From NCBI GenBank assembly GCA_028534125.1, contig CM052816.1, forward strand, positions 12,960,001 to 13,024,000: a stretch of DNA of 64,000 nt, given 5' to 3'. Made by a program: the position numbers and the translations under genes. Origin of the DNA: Lama glama (lineage: Eukaryota). This document shows, in pieces, positions 1 through 12,952 of this stretch; the stretch's first letter is position 1, and the number at the start of each line of letters is the position of its first letter. Under the pieces are notes generated by a model, which saw nothing but the letters and a program-made list of their open reading frames with translations, searched no databases and had not been told where the DNA came from.

Positions 1-431
1 GCCTGAAAAATACCGGTACTGATGCAGCTACTGTGAACCACAGAGTCAGTTTCACAAAGGTAGCCATTTCTTTTGATCAATTTTTAACTCATGAAGCACA
101 GAGCTGAGAACCATCGATACCTAAACAAAGTGCCAGGAATCTCTTTACTGCCCGATCCAGAGAGTCGCCTGAGCTCCCCCGCTTCTGACTGTGTCTTAAT
201 TTCGCTGTCTTCACTCTCACCCTTTTTTCATCGTCTCCACTTGCCTTCTCTGCTTCTTTTCCTCCTCTCCCCAGGATGTCTACAACTGTTTCTGCTCTCC
301 TTTGAGGATAGGGTGGCCTGTGATCTTGTATTTGGTTTTGAGTAATATATATCCTATACTTCTAGTTTGAATGTAGGTATTAGATGTGGCGACAAACGTA
401 TTACTGCCTATTTGATGCAAACTTACAGGAA

Positions 432-550
432 CGTAGGAACCTTGTCTGTTCCAGTCTCAGCTGTATCCCCAGTGGCTAAAACAGCCCCCACTACATTATA
501 GGCACCCACTGCATATTGTTGCACAAAGACATGAATAGAACATAAATGAA
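432..550 (+). mobile_element. LINE-2 3' end fragment
   Basis: cttgtctgtt...gctgtatccccagtggctaaaacag...atgaat resembles the L2 terminal consensus. Confidence 0.7.
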
Positions 551-1095
551 GGTCCAAGTGTGAAACCTGTCTTCTTTGACAACTTTGCAAATCTGTTGCC
601 AGACAGTTTTGTTTTCAGGGAAATGAGGGAAAACATTCGGTTCTCAAGTGTTGTCATTTGCTAACTGAACAGATTGATTTTGCAGGTTCTGTTGGCCCAA
701 TGAAACATTCACTGTGGGAAAATCAGCACCTTATAGACACTCTGAGAAGTCTGGTAATGGGAATGGAAAGAGGAGGAATTTCAGTTTTGGAATCCCTTTG
801 AAAGGAGAAGTTTTGTAAGGCCCTGAAATTGGTCCTTGAGCATCCGCTCCAGTTAGCTCCAGTCCAGTTTAATTTCTAACACAATTAGCCCAAAACATTA
901 ACAAGGGCGGGAAGAGATTTCTGGTTTCCAGAAGTGAGCCGTTGGGCCACAGCCAAAGCTATCACCTCAGATGAAAAAAATCATGATTTACCACAAGAGA
1001 AGAGTTTGTGTCTCTTTTCATCCAGGGTTAGGAATAGGGGGCCATGTGTGACATGTTTGTTCAGGGTGCAAATGTCTGCCACCAGATTCTAAGTC

Positions 1096-1470
1096 ACAGG
1101 ATGCAAAATCATGGTCTGAGGGCCAGATCTGGCCCACAGATGTGTTTTATTTGATTCACACTATTTTTTCATTGAATTAGTTGCCAATAGAGAAAAACAG
1201 GAGAATTCACATAAAAATTTGTTTTCTTTTTTTTTTTTAATTTCCCTTGGAAAAAAAAAAAAAAAAAGCAACACCGGGCCTACCATCCCAAATGTGGGAG
1301 CGATTAACTGGTGTGGAAGTACAGATTCCCGTGACTTTCTATTTCCCTGCCATCGTCCCAGCCCTGCTCATTTTCACTCTGCTACTGAAAAGAGTTTCCA
1401 CTTGCCATGCCTCATCTCCCTGCATTTTTTTCTTTCTTACAGCCTGCTCACCTCATGCATTTATTTTATC
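1096..1470. mobile_element. hAT-Charlie MER102/Charlie8-like DNA transposon
   Basis: gggccagatctggcccacagatgtgttttatttg...gaattagttgccaa...ttcacataaaaat matches the remembered MER102 consensus. Confidence 0.7.
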
Positions 1471-1936
1471 TGTCTGGATCCTACAGGCAACTACTGTCCT
1501 AAACTGTCCCACAAATGTTGTTGTGAGATTTCCATCCTTCTGTCTGAGAGTAAACATGCAAGGTTATGATCTGTGGCTTTATCCTCACCATTGCAGATCA
1601 GCTGGCTGATTGCATTAGTCCTTCTGAAACCTCTGCATGCATGTGGTCACTGGAGGGGTTGGGTGGGATCAGCAAAAGGACAAGGGGAGTGAGAGAATCA
1701 GTCATTTCTGTGACTGCAGATGTGGACAGGGTTTCCTGGCTGAGCGCCTTACAATCACCCACTAGAACAGAATCTGTTTCATTGAGGCGGATTCAATATG
1801 CCTTTGGCAAAAGAGGAAAATAAACAGAGTTATCAAGACAGGAGGAGGCTAATCTGAATGTGCACAATGACCATCTTTATTACAGCACATACGATTTATT
1901 TACATATACATCTATCACTATACATATGTACATATG

Positions 1937-1940
<4 letters not shown>

Positions 1941-1974
<34 letters not shown>
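1941..1974. repeat. (CA)17 microsatellite
   Basis: read directly from sequence. Confidence 0.98.
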
Positions 1975-1977
<3 letters not shown>

Positions 1978-2329
1978 GAATATAACTATAAACAAAATCA
2001 TTTATACTGCCCCCCAGGACACGTAAGGAGTTTTTAACGTTAATTTTAGCTATATAATTTTTTCCCTGATTTGCTTAATTTCTTATTTACTTACATGACT
2101 TTTATTATAATAGTACCAAAATATTAGAAACATAAAATTAGAAATGAATAGTAAACGTATATAGCTTCAAACACATTTATACCCAAAATACATTAACAAT
2201 AAAATGCAAACGAAATAACACAAACAACAGAAGTCAAGTGACTGACACCAATTTAATATGATAATTGATGTCGCTTTGCTGAAATAAGCATTAAAGACAT
2301 AAAGCTTCTCTTAATGAAATGACACCGTA

Positions 2330-2552
2330 CAGGTTCGTAGTATCTCATCTGAAATCCCCAGGGCAAGATGAACTGCACAATTTTAAATTTTCATATTTTA
2401 GAAAGAGACAGTACACAATAAACAAATGCACAAACATCTTTTTTTGTGCAACACATAAATATTCATACTAAATAGGATAATTAAAAACTGTAAATAGCCT
2501 AATGTGAGTGCAGGTCAGGTTTTATCACCAAGTGAGGTTCTCACAACTTACT
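2330..2552. mobile_element. TcMar-Tigger element (MER46C-like)
   Basis: TA-flanked caggtt...tatctcatctgaaa start; aatattcatactaa...taaatagcct...caggtcaggtttt internal motif. Confidence 0.6.
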
Positions 2553-2774
2553 AATAAATGGCTGGACCATCTAACAAGTTCTACAACCTTGGGAGAATTA
2601 TTTAAATTCAGTGCTCTCATCCATGAAGTAATTTAATTAGATTAGAGTAACTAACCCATGGCCTGCATCCAGAAAGAAAACCAGAATATTTCTTCCTGGC
2701 CACCAAAAGTTGCAGAATAAATACCGTACTTATGAAAAGTGTTCTGTTATTAAGTAGTTTTATACCAAACCATT

Positions 2775-3035
2775 ACAGGGTGCCAGACTCTAGGTTAAAG
2801 CAAGGACCCAGAGATAAATGAAGCCAATGTCTGGACTCAGGTAGCTCCCGTCCAGTAGAGGAGACAGATCCGTGAATGAACACGTAGCAATTGAACGTGA
2901 TCGGAATGACAAGACCTGCACGTGGAAAATGTAGACTGATTCTGTAGCCTGGGGGAGACTTGGGAACGCTTCTTGGTTTGTAATACAGGTATCTACGTGG
3001 GTTTTGAAGAATGCATTGGAATTCAGAAGACAGTG
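2775..3035 (-). mobile_element. LINE-2 fragment
   Basis: gagataaatgaag...ctcaggtagctcccgtccagtagaggagacaga resembles the reverse complement of the L2 3' region. Confidence 0.6.
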
Positions 3036-6000
3036 GGCCATTATTAAAATAGCTCTAACCTTTTGGAAACAAATTAAATAATACTGTAGAGGCCACTTGA
3101 AGAGAAATCAATTGTCCTTTGATGTTTACCAGCTTCATCATTAAGGGTCTCTTCTGAGACGCTGTCCAACCGAAGCTTAATGCTTTCCTGCCCCCGTCGT
3201 GGAGTCATGTTCTGTAGCATCTCTCTTCTCTTGGTAGGGAACAACATGCAGTTCTCAGGCCCTGTTTTGGTCCTCTTTGCTTTCTAATTGTGAAAATGTT
3301 AAGTGAACAAGATTCTTATCTATTTATTAAGATATTTGCAGGGTCCTCTAAGAATGTGACTTCTTCCCCCTCTTCCCTTCTTCCCCTCAAGGCCCCAACC
3401 AGTTCTGGCTGATAGGGACTCAAAAATGTTAAGCTTTAAGACGTATCTAACTGGAACTTCCCATTGATTGGCCTCCCTCCAAAGGGATGAATTAATGAGA
3501 GTCATTCCTTCCGTGTATGTGGGACCATTGCTTGTAGCTGGCTGGCACACATACAGAGGGCTCCACATCACGGTCCAGCTCATGATGGTCGAGAGACACA
3601 TGTGGGCTCCGCAGAAGGACTGATAACCAGCATAAACTTAAAGAGTCTCCAAATATCTGTTCAGCATTTACTCATCAGAGGGGCAGAAACGGCATGGAGA
3701 CTGGGCAGGGGGAAAAGCCTTGGATGCAGTACTCAACCTCTCCACTATCATTCCAAGTGATGGAATTCTTGCCCTCTCCCTACTGCAAAAGTGAGGCCCC
3801 ACAGAGAAATGGAACCAAACTTTCCAAAGGCCATTTGATCATCAAGTGTGAGTGTCCCTGTCCCTTGGAAGTCCTACCTCCTCCATCCTCAAGTGACTCA
3901 TTGGAATATCTACCCAAATACATGCAGTGGACTCCCCATGCTTGGAGGGAATCCGGGAGAGTGTAAATTGTCTTCCCATTGTTACATTGCAGTACCATTT
4001 GGGTGACCCCATTTAGCTGGCATCACACTGACATTCAGTCTATAAGGATCAACCCTAATCTCTCCTACAATCCCAGGAAGAGGGTTTCTGAAGAAATAAA
4101 GAACACCACATTAACATTTCTATCCTGAATCAAGGCAGGTTCTTTCCCAAAGTCCAGCACATTCTTTCTGAAAAGGAGATTGCGTAGCTGACTTGCTGAC
4201 TGATTAACCTCTTTCAGGTTGGATGCTTTGCTCAGTGCTTGAGACAGAAAGATCAGAACATCAGCATCCCTGACTCACATTCTAGATTTACCATTGAGCA
4301 TTGCCGTTTGACTGAATTCCTGTTGTTAGAAACGACAGTAGTACAACGGTCCTTTTCTAGGGTCAGTGGTGTGATGTGTCAGGTGTCAATCTGGCTCATG
4401 CAGCATGGTTTAGGGGCTCGAGCAATTATGAAAGGCAAAGGAGGGGTGTTCCTGGGTGATGCTTTCACATCATAGCTCACCAAGTGTCTGGAGAGTCGGT
4501 GTGGCATCTGGAGCTTAACGTACGTCTGTATTTCAGCATTGCAATCAGTGATCATCTTCCCACTCTCTTTACAGTTTGTGGTATGGTCCCCTTACCACAT
4601 TCACACCTGTCTGTGCAAGAGGATTGCCCCGTGCAGAGTGTGGGTTAAAATGTGTGCAAGCTTCATCCAGATCCTTGGCATCTGTCCATTTATCTTTGAT
4701 CTTGAAGCCAATCAGGGAGAAAATGCATGTCTATTTCTAATCCCAGCTGGATATAAGCTGTAGACAGACATATCATTACAGAACAAAGCTCAAGAAGAAA
4801 AAGGGAAGATAAGGGTTCTTTCAAGTACTTAGCCTCAAATTTGTCCAACTTAAGGATGTTTTAGATCAAAGGTGATGTAAGTGAAGGAGGCAAGGGCAGG
4901 GAACAGTCATGAAAGAGCCTGAAGGCTGTTGTTTATACGATTGAGAGAAACCCAGATATAAATCGACTCTTCTGTGCCACATTGTTGCACATTTACCCGG
5001 AAATAATGTTAGTGGTGGAGCAGTGGAGAAGCTCTGTTTCTCAGGGCTCTGGAGAAGTCTGGGGTGGGTCTCATATGGGGTGGGGAGGGGCGGTGGAGGA
5101 CAAGTGGAAGGAGATGGTTTGGGGGATGTAGGTGGCAGGGACAGGTAACAGCGAGCCTTCTGACCTTCAACCTGAAGGAGTTCTGTCTTCTCCAGAGGTG
5201 GTGGGATAACACTGAAGGGTTTGAATTAGACGAGTGACACTGGTATCACATATACATGCAACGATTACCCCGCCTTTCAGCATAACGTTATCTCAAAAGT
5301 GTTTTTCAAGTTTACATTTATGTATGTAATTTTAATGCTAGTCTACTAAAACGCTCAATTCTTCAATGGCTGGAAATTCATATAATTTTACCTGACATTT
5401 TAAATTATGCATTTAGCTCTCTGAGTATGCTTCCTTCCACTTAAACGTTGTCATCTAGTGTAGAGCTTGATGTAAGTAAAAACTAAACTGGGAATCTCCC
5501 CACCAATATCTTCCAAAGGTTTTGAGGGCGCTCTTTCCAATATGTCAGCCTTGGGAGGCAGCCTTGCCTCTTCTCCAATGTAGCGAGCTGCTGTGACACC
5601 CTCAGCCCTTTATATATCCAAGCAACCAGTGAACCAGTTCAAGTCAACTCCAAGAGCAGTGCTGACGTCCAACCACGTGATACACATTGGCCCGGGGACT
5701 TGATGTACAGAAATGAAAAGTGATGGTCTATCCTGCTCACACAGCGCACAGGCCGTGTGCGGATGTGAATCTTGTACGCGTAGTTAAAGGATAGGCTAGC
5801 GGTCTGGTCACTCAGTTCAGCTTTACCTGTTTGCCTATATCAGTCCAACCTCACAAGGGAAAGACTTCCATTTTCCAGTGCCACCTGCAGCTGATGGGGA
5901 GACTATAATGGTCTGATTCTGAGATCAAGCTTCTTCCTCCTAAAAATCGGGAAGTTGCCGTTGGCTTCTTCGAGCCTCTCGTTCCTTTTTCTCTGTTTAA

Positions 6001-7417
6001 TTCATGGCACTTCCACAATCTGGGCCACCCCCAATATGACAGGGGGTAACCCAGTCTGTAGGATCCATCCTAATCTCTCCCAGAATCCCACGAAGAGGCC
6101 TCCCAAGGAAATCGAGAACCTCACATTTCTTTTTCTGCTCAGGCTCACTCCCAGACCTCGGTATATTCTCTCTGCAAAGGGAAATGTCACACCAGGTGGA
6201 TTACAATTTACAGGAATCAAGAAGACGACTATTAAAAAAAAAAACTGTTGGAGGGACAAATGACACCCACAAATTAATTTCTGCCCTGGCTGAGGAAAGG
6301 TGAAGTTAATAGAGGAAAGAGAATCTCAGAAAGGGAAATTAAAGCCAGCATGCTTCTGGCTTCTTGAGGATGCCTCCTGAGTCAACTAATTACTTGCAAG
6401 GGGTTTACGAAGTGAGTTGGGAATTTCTCTTACTGTATGAGGGGACAGAAAGGAGGAACCACCATGTAACTCTATTGGGAGAGCTAGAAATTGGCTTGGG
6501 GAAAAAAAATAGCTGAGATACTAGGAATGAAAGAGAAACAGAGGGAAATCTAGTCAACAGTAATTAGCAGGGGGACCATTACCTAGTTTCACAGTCTCTA
6601 ATCCGGCTGATGGAATCATGATCTGGATCCAGAACAAGTCTGGGGATTTCTTTCCACTTTCTCCTCCCCACTTCCCTCCCTCCTCCTCTCATCCAATGGG
6701 GAAACACCTGTCACGTGATGGGTACTTCCCTGGCACTGGGAACATGGAATAAGACATCCTAGTAACAACTGGCATTAATTCATGCAGAATCAGAGGGAGA
6801 ACATTTTTTCAACTATCTCTTGTATTTGTAAAAAAATAAAACATTCTTGGTGAATGGATGGAATAGAAAGTGATAACCTGGCAGGCCTAGATGGGGCTGA
6901 GGGCTGCATACAAATGAATCAAAGGGGCAGATGCTTTCGAATGTGCCAGAGAGGAAGTGGGGAGGAGGGAGGGAGCTATCACAGTGGTGAACATTTGTGC
7001 TCCACCCTAGGAGCCTTCACCAACGTCCCAAAATGTTCAATGTGGATTCCTTGTATAAGAGTAAAGGGTAATGGGGCTGAGTTCTACGTGCAGAGAGTCA
7101 CAGAGCAAAACAGGACCAGGAGGCAAGGGGCCAGCGGAGGCCAGACAGGGACCAGAGAGAAAGGTGAGAATGGTGCCACGGGGACTCCGAGGGAAAGTTC
7201 TGTCCCATCGCAGGCCAGGTAACTGGAGTCCAGGTTGAGTTTGACCAGATTTTGCGAGACTCGGGGGGGCGGGGGGTAATGGGCTTCGTCAGGTTTTCAC
7301 CTTCAGTTAGTCACAGAAGTACCTTTAAAAATCTGAGACTAGAGGGGAAATATATACTGCAAAACCCAACCCAGCTGATGGTAGATCAATAACATTGTAT
7401 ACTTTATATCATATGTA

Positions 7418-7505
7418 GTTGGGGTCCATGGGTCCCAGGTGTCCACATACCCAGAAGATAGGCTTCAAAGAAATCCATGAACTCCCTGAAATTACATGCA
7501 AAATG
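7418..7505. mobile_element. Charlie4z-like hAT fragment
   Basis: ggggtccatggg...gataggcttca...tccatgaactccctgaaattacatgcaaaat. Confidence 0.6.
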
Positions 7506-7561
7506 TAATTATATATACATGAAATATATATGAAATATAAATATATGTGAAAATAGTTATC

Positions 7562-8085
7562 AGTAAAAGTAACTAGCATCTACTGAGTGTTCATTTACTA
7601 TGTACTACTGTACCAAAAGCTTAATACATAATTACTTCATGTTTACAATTTTATAATGGAAAAACAAACCTGAAAAGCGGGGACTACGGGTAATCATGTC
7701 AGGATCACACCACTGCGTGGCAGGCAAGGACGTGGACTTAGGCCACGGTTTTTAGTCCGTGTGTTTAACAGCCTCCACAGATACGCCCTCTGGACTTTGC
7801 TGGATCCTGGGTCCGCCTTTGTGACCATTTCAAATGTTGTTTAGTCCCAGAGAAAAAACGAGCAAAATGGACTGAGGTGCCTAGTAGGGCTCAGATTCTG
7901 TGAATATTTTCTGAGGGTCCAGGCACTGTCATGTGTAAAATCCTATCCCATCCTCTCATCCCATACTATGCAGGGTGGTAGGTACCAAATAGCTCTGTCT
8001 GGCAATCAGGAACGCTGAACTCAGGGTGGTCAGGTCACACTGCTTTTGGCAGGTGGCACCATGGGTTTGACACCCAGGTCAACTC
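7562..8085 (-). mobile_element. Two adjacent MIR SINE remnants (~7562-7775, ~7900-8085)
   Basis: reverse-complement MIR motifs (tactgagtg...tactatgt; ggatcacac; ccaggcactgt; ggtttgacacccaggtc). Confidence 0.55.
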
Positions 8086-9044
8086 CACCACCCACCTCCC
8101 AGGCAGAGGCCAGGCTGGGGGATTCCTGATTTGGAGAAGAGTCTTCCAGAAGACCAGTTGAACTGTTGCGACCAAATCCGTCAAATCAAGTTGCAGTTTG
8201 AATCCTGACGGAAGAAGCGGCCTCAGAGACGTCACGCTGTTGCTTGGGATGGAGATCTGTAGAATGTGCACAGAGCAGGAGGAGAGAACAGAGAGACTTT
8301 TGACTCTGACCTTGCCAACCTAGCTGTCCAGAGAGAATCCTCATCTCTCCCTTTACAAACATCACGGGGTCATCCTGCTGGCTTGACCCGGGCTGGTACT
8401 CCTGCAGCTTGCTGTCTGGGTGGCTTAGCAAGCCGGACGCGGGATTCCTGGGGAAGGACAGCAGGACCGGCCGCTGAAATTGACCCTCCGTGCAAAGCAG
8501 TCTGTGCTCATGTTTGCGGTGGATGTCCCCGGGGAGAGTAAACCCCAGAAGCCCCAGGACCACCAACCTAGAGGGGAGGCCCATCCAGATCCCAGATGGA
8601 ATTGCATCACCAAACTCAGGCAGGAAGGAGGCAGGGGCTGGATGATTTCCTTAGCACCTGGCCGTACAGACATGATCAGGATGGCACTTCACTGACTGTT
8701 GCTGAGTTGGAATAGAAACACGGCTCCGCATTTTTAAAGCAAGAAATAAAAGAGTAGAAGAATTCTTAGGAAAGAGCCACCGCAAAGGGAGAGTTGTTCT
8801 TTCTGCTTCAGGGAAGAGGATGACATATTACAACTTCAAACCCCCGCAAAAATAATGTGCCCCGAAGGCACAGGAGAACTGGCTGAACGGCAGCTTCGTT
8901 GGCCATTTGTCGTGTACTTATTGGCTCAGCAACAGCTGAAGGAAAAAGAGAGCTTTTCTCAATTGACCTGGCTAGGGCGGCTAGGAATGACAAAGAGACA
9001 CAGCATCAGACTTCTAGAAAAAGACCCGACAGTTAACTCTACTG

Positions 9045-9228
9045 CTGTGGTTCTCAAAGTCCAACAGCAGCGGCAGCGGCGGCAGCGAGAGGGCACTTGT
9101 TGGGAATGCAGATTCTCAGGTCCCAGCCCAGAGGCACTGAATCCGAAATTCTGAGGGTAGGGCCTGGCAGTCTGTTTCCACAGGCCCTCCAGGGGATTCT
9201 AATGTCAGCTGAAGTTTGAGAAGCTCTG
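9045..9228. mobile_element. MER5A hAT MITE, near full length
   Basis: TIRs ctgtggttctcaaa / tttgagaagctctg; degenerate 8-bp TSD ctctactg / ctctagag; internal atgcagattctcagg. Confidence 0.85.
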
Positions 9229-9239
9229 CTCTAGAGCAC

Positions 9240-9460
9240 ATGTAGAAAAGATTCTGACTCCGGGGCCTACACACATGGGTCGGGGGCTCCCTTGGGCACT
9301 AAGTAACTCATGGTAAAACTTTGGGCAAGGTTTTTAAACTCTCTGAGCCGTGACTCTGTTCTGCCCTGTGAGGATAAGAGTGGTAATAATAGGGTGGCAT
9401 AAAGGAAAATAAATAAGAGTCGTTAGGACATGGTCCTGGCTCACTCAGCAAAGGGCAGCT
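9240..9460 (+). mobile_element. MIR SINE
   Basis: ctttgggcaagg...aactctctgagcc core. Confidence 0.6.
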
Positions 9461-9567
9461 TCTATGGGGTCATCCAAAACAGATCACGTCCCACTAACCT
9501 AGGTTTAGGCAGCTGTTTTTGTTCAAGTAGCACCGTATCTGAGTATCCTTCCTTGTTCTTAAAAAGC

Positions 9568-9855
9568 TTTGTTTTTCAGAGAATGGACCACTTGCTTCAG
9601 AATTTGGGGTTTGGGGCCGGGGGTATAGCTCAGTGGTAGAGCGCATACCTAGCATGCACGAGGTCCTGGATTCAATCCCCAGTGCCTCCAATTAAAACAA
9701 AGAAAATTACCCAGTATGTCAGTTTAAACCTGCAGAAATCTGGTGCTCATTTCAGACCGACAGAATCTGTATCTTGTGAGGTACGGTCTGGGTGTCTACA
9801 AGTTTAAAAAAATTTCCCAGAAGATGCTTCAGCAGACTGAGGTGCAAGAATCATC
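9568..9855. mobile_element. MER5-family element interrupted by a SINE
   Basis: MER5-like halves (cttcagaat... and ...cagaccgacagaatctgtatct...gaatca) on either side of the SINE at 9613-9705. Confidence 0.5.
9613..9705 (+). mobile_element. tRNA-Ala-derived SINE (camelid Vic-1-like), short-tailed
   Basis: 9619-9690 matches remembered mammalian tRNA-Ala(AGC) at 66/72; anticodon stem broken (CATAC/GCACG); G-rich leader and A-rich tail. Confidence 0.9.
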
Positions 9856-10526
9856 AATTAAAGTGAAGAGATAAGAGCTTGGCTGCGGTTTAACTCCCAC
9901 AGCCCCTCTCCTACAGACCGAGGCTGAGGGAGGCGGACACACTGTCTCACTGTCACACCCGTAAGTAGAACCAAGACATGCAGCCTCACAAGTCTGGCTC
10001 CCCTGTCCCCTCCCTTGCTGCTAGTGGCTGATGAACTGCTGCCTGGATTTCTCTTGGCTGGCCAACCCAGAATTGAGGCAATTTTACTGATTTCTGAGGG
10101 AGAGATTCCTGGTGGTGGCAGAAGAGAACGGAATTAGTAGGAGCTTGTGATTGCAGAAGACGTTTTAAGAGGAAAATTCTGAAGTTTTGTTTTTCCAGGA
10201 AGATGTGGTACCACTTTAAGAAGTTTCTAATCTGTTAGTCTGGGCACAGTTCAAAAACTTGGTACAATGTCTTTATCTCCTATTTCAACCAAAATTGCCA
10301 GTTAATTAGCTCTTTTCCTGGGACCTCTGAATTCAGAGGAGGGAAAAGCCATTGGGGGTAGATTCAAGATTTGCTTTTTGTGGGGAAGGGAAGAAGAGAG
10401 GGGCTTTGAATTCAAGTGACCCAGACAAGCCCAACCCACCAAGCCACCAGGCTGGAATTTTGTAAGTCCCCTTACTGATGAATGCATATACCAAACACAA
10501 AAGTCAAAGCACAATGTCCAAAAGTG

Positions 10527-10750
10527 ATGATAATAGCTAACACGTGTTAGGCGTCCCTATATGCTAGGAGCTTTACATTTATTATGTCATTGAAATCTCA
10601 CTACCATCATAGGAGTAAGTGCTAATAGTGTGTCCCGTTGGGGGATGACAGAACTGAGGCAACAGAGAGGTTAAATAACTTCTCCAGACTCACAGCCAGT
10701 AAAGGTCAGAGCTGAACTTTGAATCCAGCCAATAAAACTGATTGAGCCCT
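10527..10750 (-). mobile_element. MIR SINE
   Basis: aactgaggcaacagagaggttaaataacttctccagactcacagccagtaa core. Confidence 0.85.
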
Positions 10751-10754
10751 AGAC

Positions 10755-11090
10755 CCTTGCTACTCAAAGAGCAGTTCCTGGACTAGCACCTCCCAAGAGC
10801 TTGCAAGAAATACAGAATCTCCTGCTCTTCCTCAGACTTCCTTAAGTGGACTGTGCATTTTAACAGAGATCTGTGGATACAGTACAGTGTGAGAAGCACT
10901 GCTCTAAAGCGGAAGGGTTTCAGCAAGTGTGCTCAGGTACCCCGGGGAATCAAAAACACCTGTGGGGGCTGGCCAACTATGCAGATTTCAGGCTCCCCAG
11001 AAATCTTTGCAGCCAGAGTCAAAGATGCTACAGCATCCACAAGTTCCCCAGGTGACTGTTCCATATGTTTAATTTTGAGAATCATCACTT
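10755..11090. mobile_element. Two tandem MER5-family MITEs (10755-10901, ~10910-11090)
   Basis: ttgctactcaaag...agaaatacagaatctc...tgagaagcactg; atgcagatttcaggctcccc...ccccaggtgact...ttgagaatca. Confidence 0.7.
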
Positions 11091-12766
11091 TTGGTTCCCC
11101 TGCTTCTGGCCCTTGCTTGGCAAGTTAGAGCAAGATGGTCAAATTGGAGCAGGTGAATGCTCTCCCTGCAAAAGACAAAAAGAATCTGGAGAATAGCTCA
11201 AGCAGCCAAAGTTAAGAAAGGCCAAGGAGAAACCTTGTCTCCCCTGACTTTATTATGTTTTCAAACCCAAGACTATGGCACAAACATTTTAAATCCAAAT
11301 TCTCTTTTGCTTGGTTTTGATTTTAAAGAATGCCTTTGCAAAAACCTATAGCATCTCTGTGGCTGGCTGCAAGGCCAGTGCTCAAGTTAATTCTTCACAG
11401 TGGACTGGTTTGCATATTTTCCCCCTCCACAAACCTAAACATGGGAAGTGGAGTCAACATGATTCAGAATGTTCAGAGGAAGGTACCATGTTGATCAGGA
11501 AGACACAGCACACCTGACAGGCTGCCGTGGCTGTGACGTTTGTGTCCTTAAGGACAACTCAGCAGGATCAGTAACAATGCTGGTCAAGTTCTTGTCTAAG
11601 TTCTATGTTGGCGCCACAGAAACTGGGAGCAGCAAAGCGGAAGGAAGGGACCTTGAGCCCTGAGTTATCATCTGGAGCCAGTGGCACAAGCCGCCAGTTT
11701 GCATCTAGGGAAGTTGTTCAATCTATCCAAGCCACGGTTTTCCCTTTCGTTCAGTGAGAGGGTTTTTCAGGTGCTGCAAATGTCAGCAATCAAGTGGGAC
11801 CACACAGGTGATGGAAACGAGCCGGCAGCCCCGAGTCAGGAGGGCGTGCGGGCTGCGGGAGCGCGCTTCTCCCGAGAGCTCGCCGATGCGGGTCTTGCAG
11901 AAGCCGTGTACCAGTGAAGCGACATCCTTGGCTGAATGTGTCCCAGGATAGACTATCTCTAGCAGGCCTTCCAGAACAGAGTCACAGCTTTTAGGCTTTG
12001 ATGGCCACTGGGGATCAGCATGTCCATTGTCTCCCGGAACTGGCCAGAATCAGGAGGAGATTGGGGCGACCCAACAGAAGTTGATGATTTCAGTCCTGTG
12101 ACTTCAACTGAGAATAAGTAGCAAATTGCTGAGCTTCCTAAGGTCTCGCTGAGGACACCGGCCAAAGAGGAACTGATATTTTCCTGAAGGTAACAAGGCT
12201 GAAAAAAAGATTCTAAAGAAGCAGCAGTATATAATTCTGATGAATTTCCAAGAAACTTCCAGTGCATGAATATGGGAAGGAGTGGTCACTTTTTTTTTTA
12301 ATGGGAGAAAAAAAAGGTTAAGATTTTAAATAAGTGTATCTCTAGTTTTATTTTATTTTCCAGCAAAAAAAAAAAAAGGAAAAATATAGACTGGCTTATG
12401 TTTACTGTTCATATTTGTATAATTGATTTTACTGACTACATTTATTGTTTTTACTAATTTCTTTTACTATTTTATTTATTATTTTTCCCGTTCATAAATA
12501 TTTGTATTTAAAGACTATTAAATATTCAGTTTCACTTGTTCTTAAATTTTATATTGTGAATTCTTATAAATTATTGTTAATATCAGTATTTTATCAAAAT
12601 TTTTGTTTTACACAAAATATTAGTAAAGATTTTCAATGTAGGTATGACAAATACTAATATGAAAGTGCAATGGTTTGGCTGACATCTTTAGCTCTTTAAG
12701 GCCAAAGTCTAGTCTGTATGCCCAGGCGGATGAGGAAACTTCAGTTAGATGTTTATCAGTTTAATG

Positions 12767-12952
12767 CATTTGTTCTCAGAGTGTAGCTACTGGGCCAACA
12801 GTACCAGCATCACCTGAAATTCGTTAGAAACCCAAACTTCTAGATGCTACCCCAGATCCACGAGATCAGAAACTCAGACTGGAGGTCAGCAGCCTGGGTT
12901 TTAGTAAACCATCGAGGTGGCTCTGATGACCCCTAAAGCTTGAGAGTCTCCG
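12767..12952. mobile_element. MER5A
   Basis: gttctcagagtgt...cagcatcacctg...gttagaaa...tcagaaactc...ctaaagcttgagag. Confidence 0.8.

Noticed and set aside
9619..9690. tRNA-Ala(AGC) gene
   Set aside because: Two mismatches in the anticodon stem, a mutated B box, a G-rich leader, an A-rich tail and insertion inside a MER5 indicate a SINE.
12280..12660. AT-rich tract as a NUMT or foreign DNA
   Set aside because: No mitochondrial gene or tRNA is recognisable; an old L1 remnant or low-complexity sequence is more likely.
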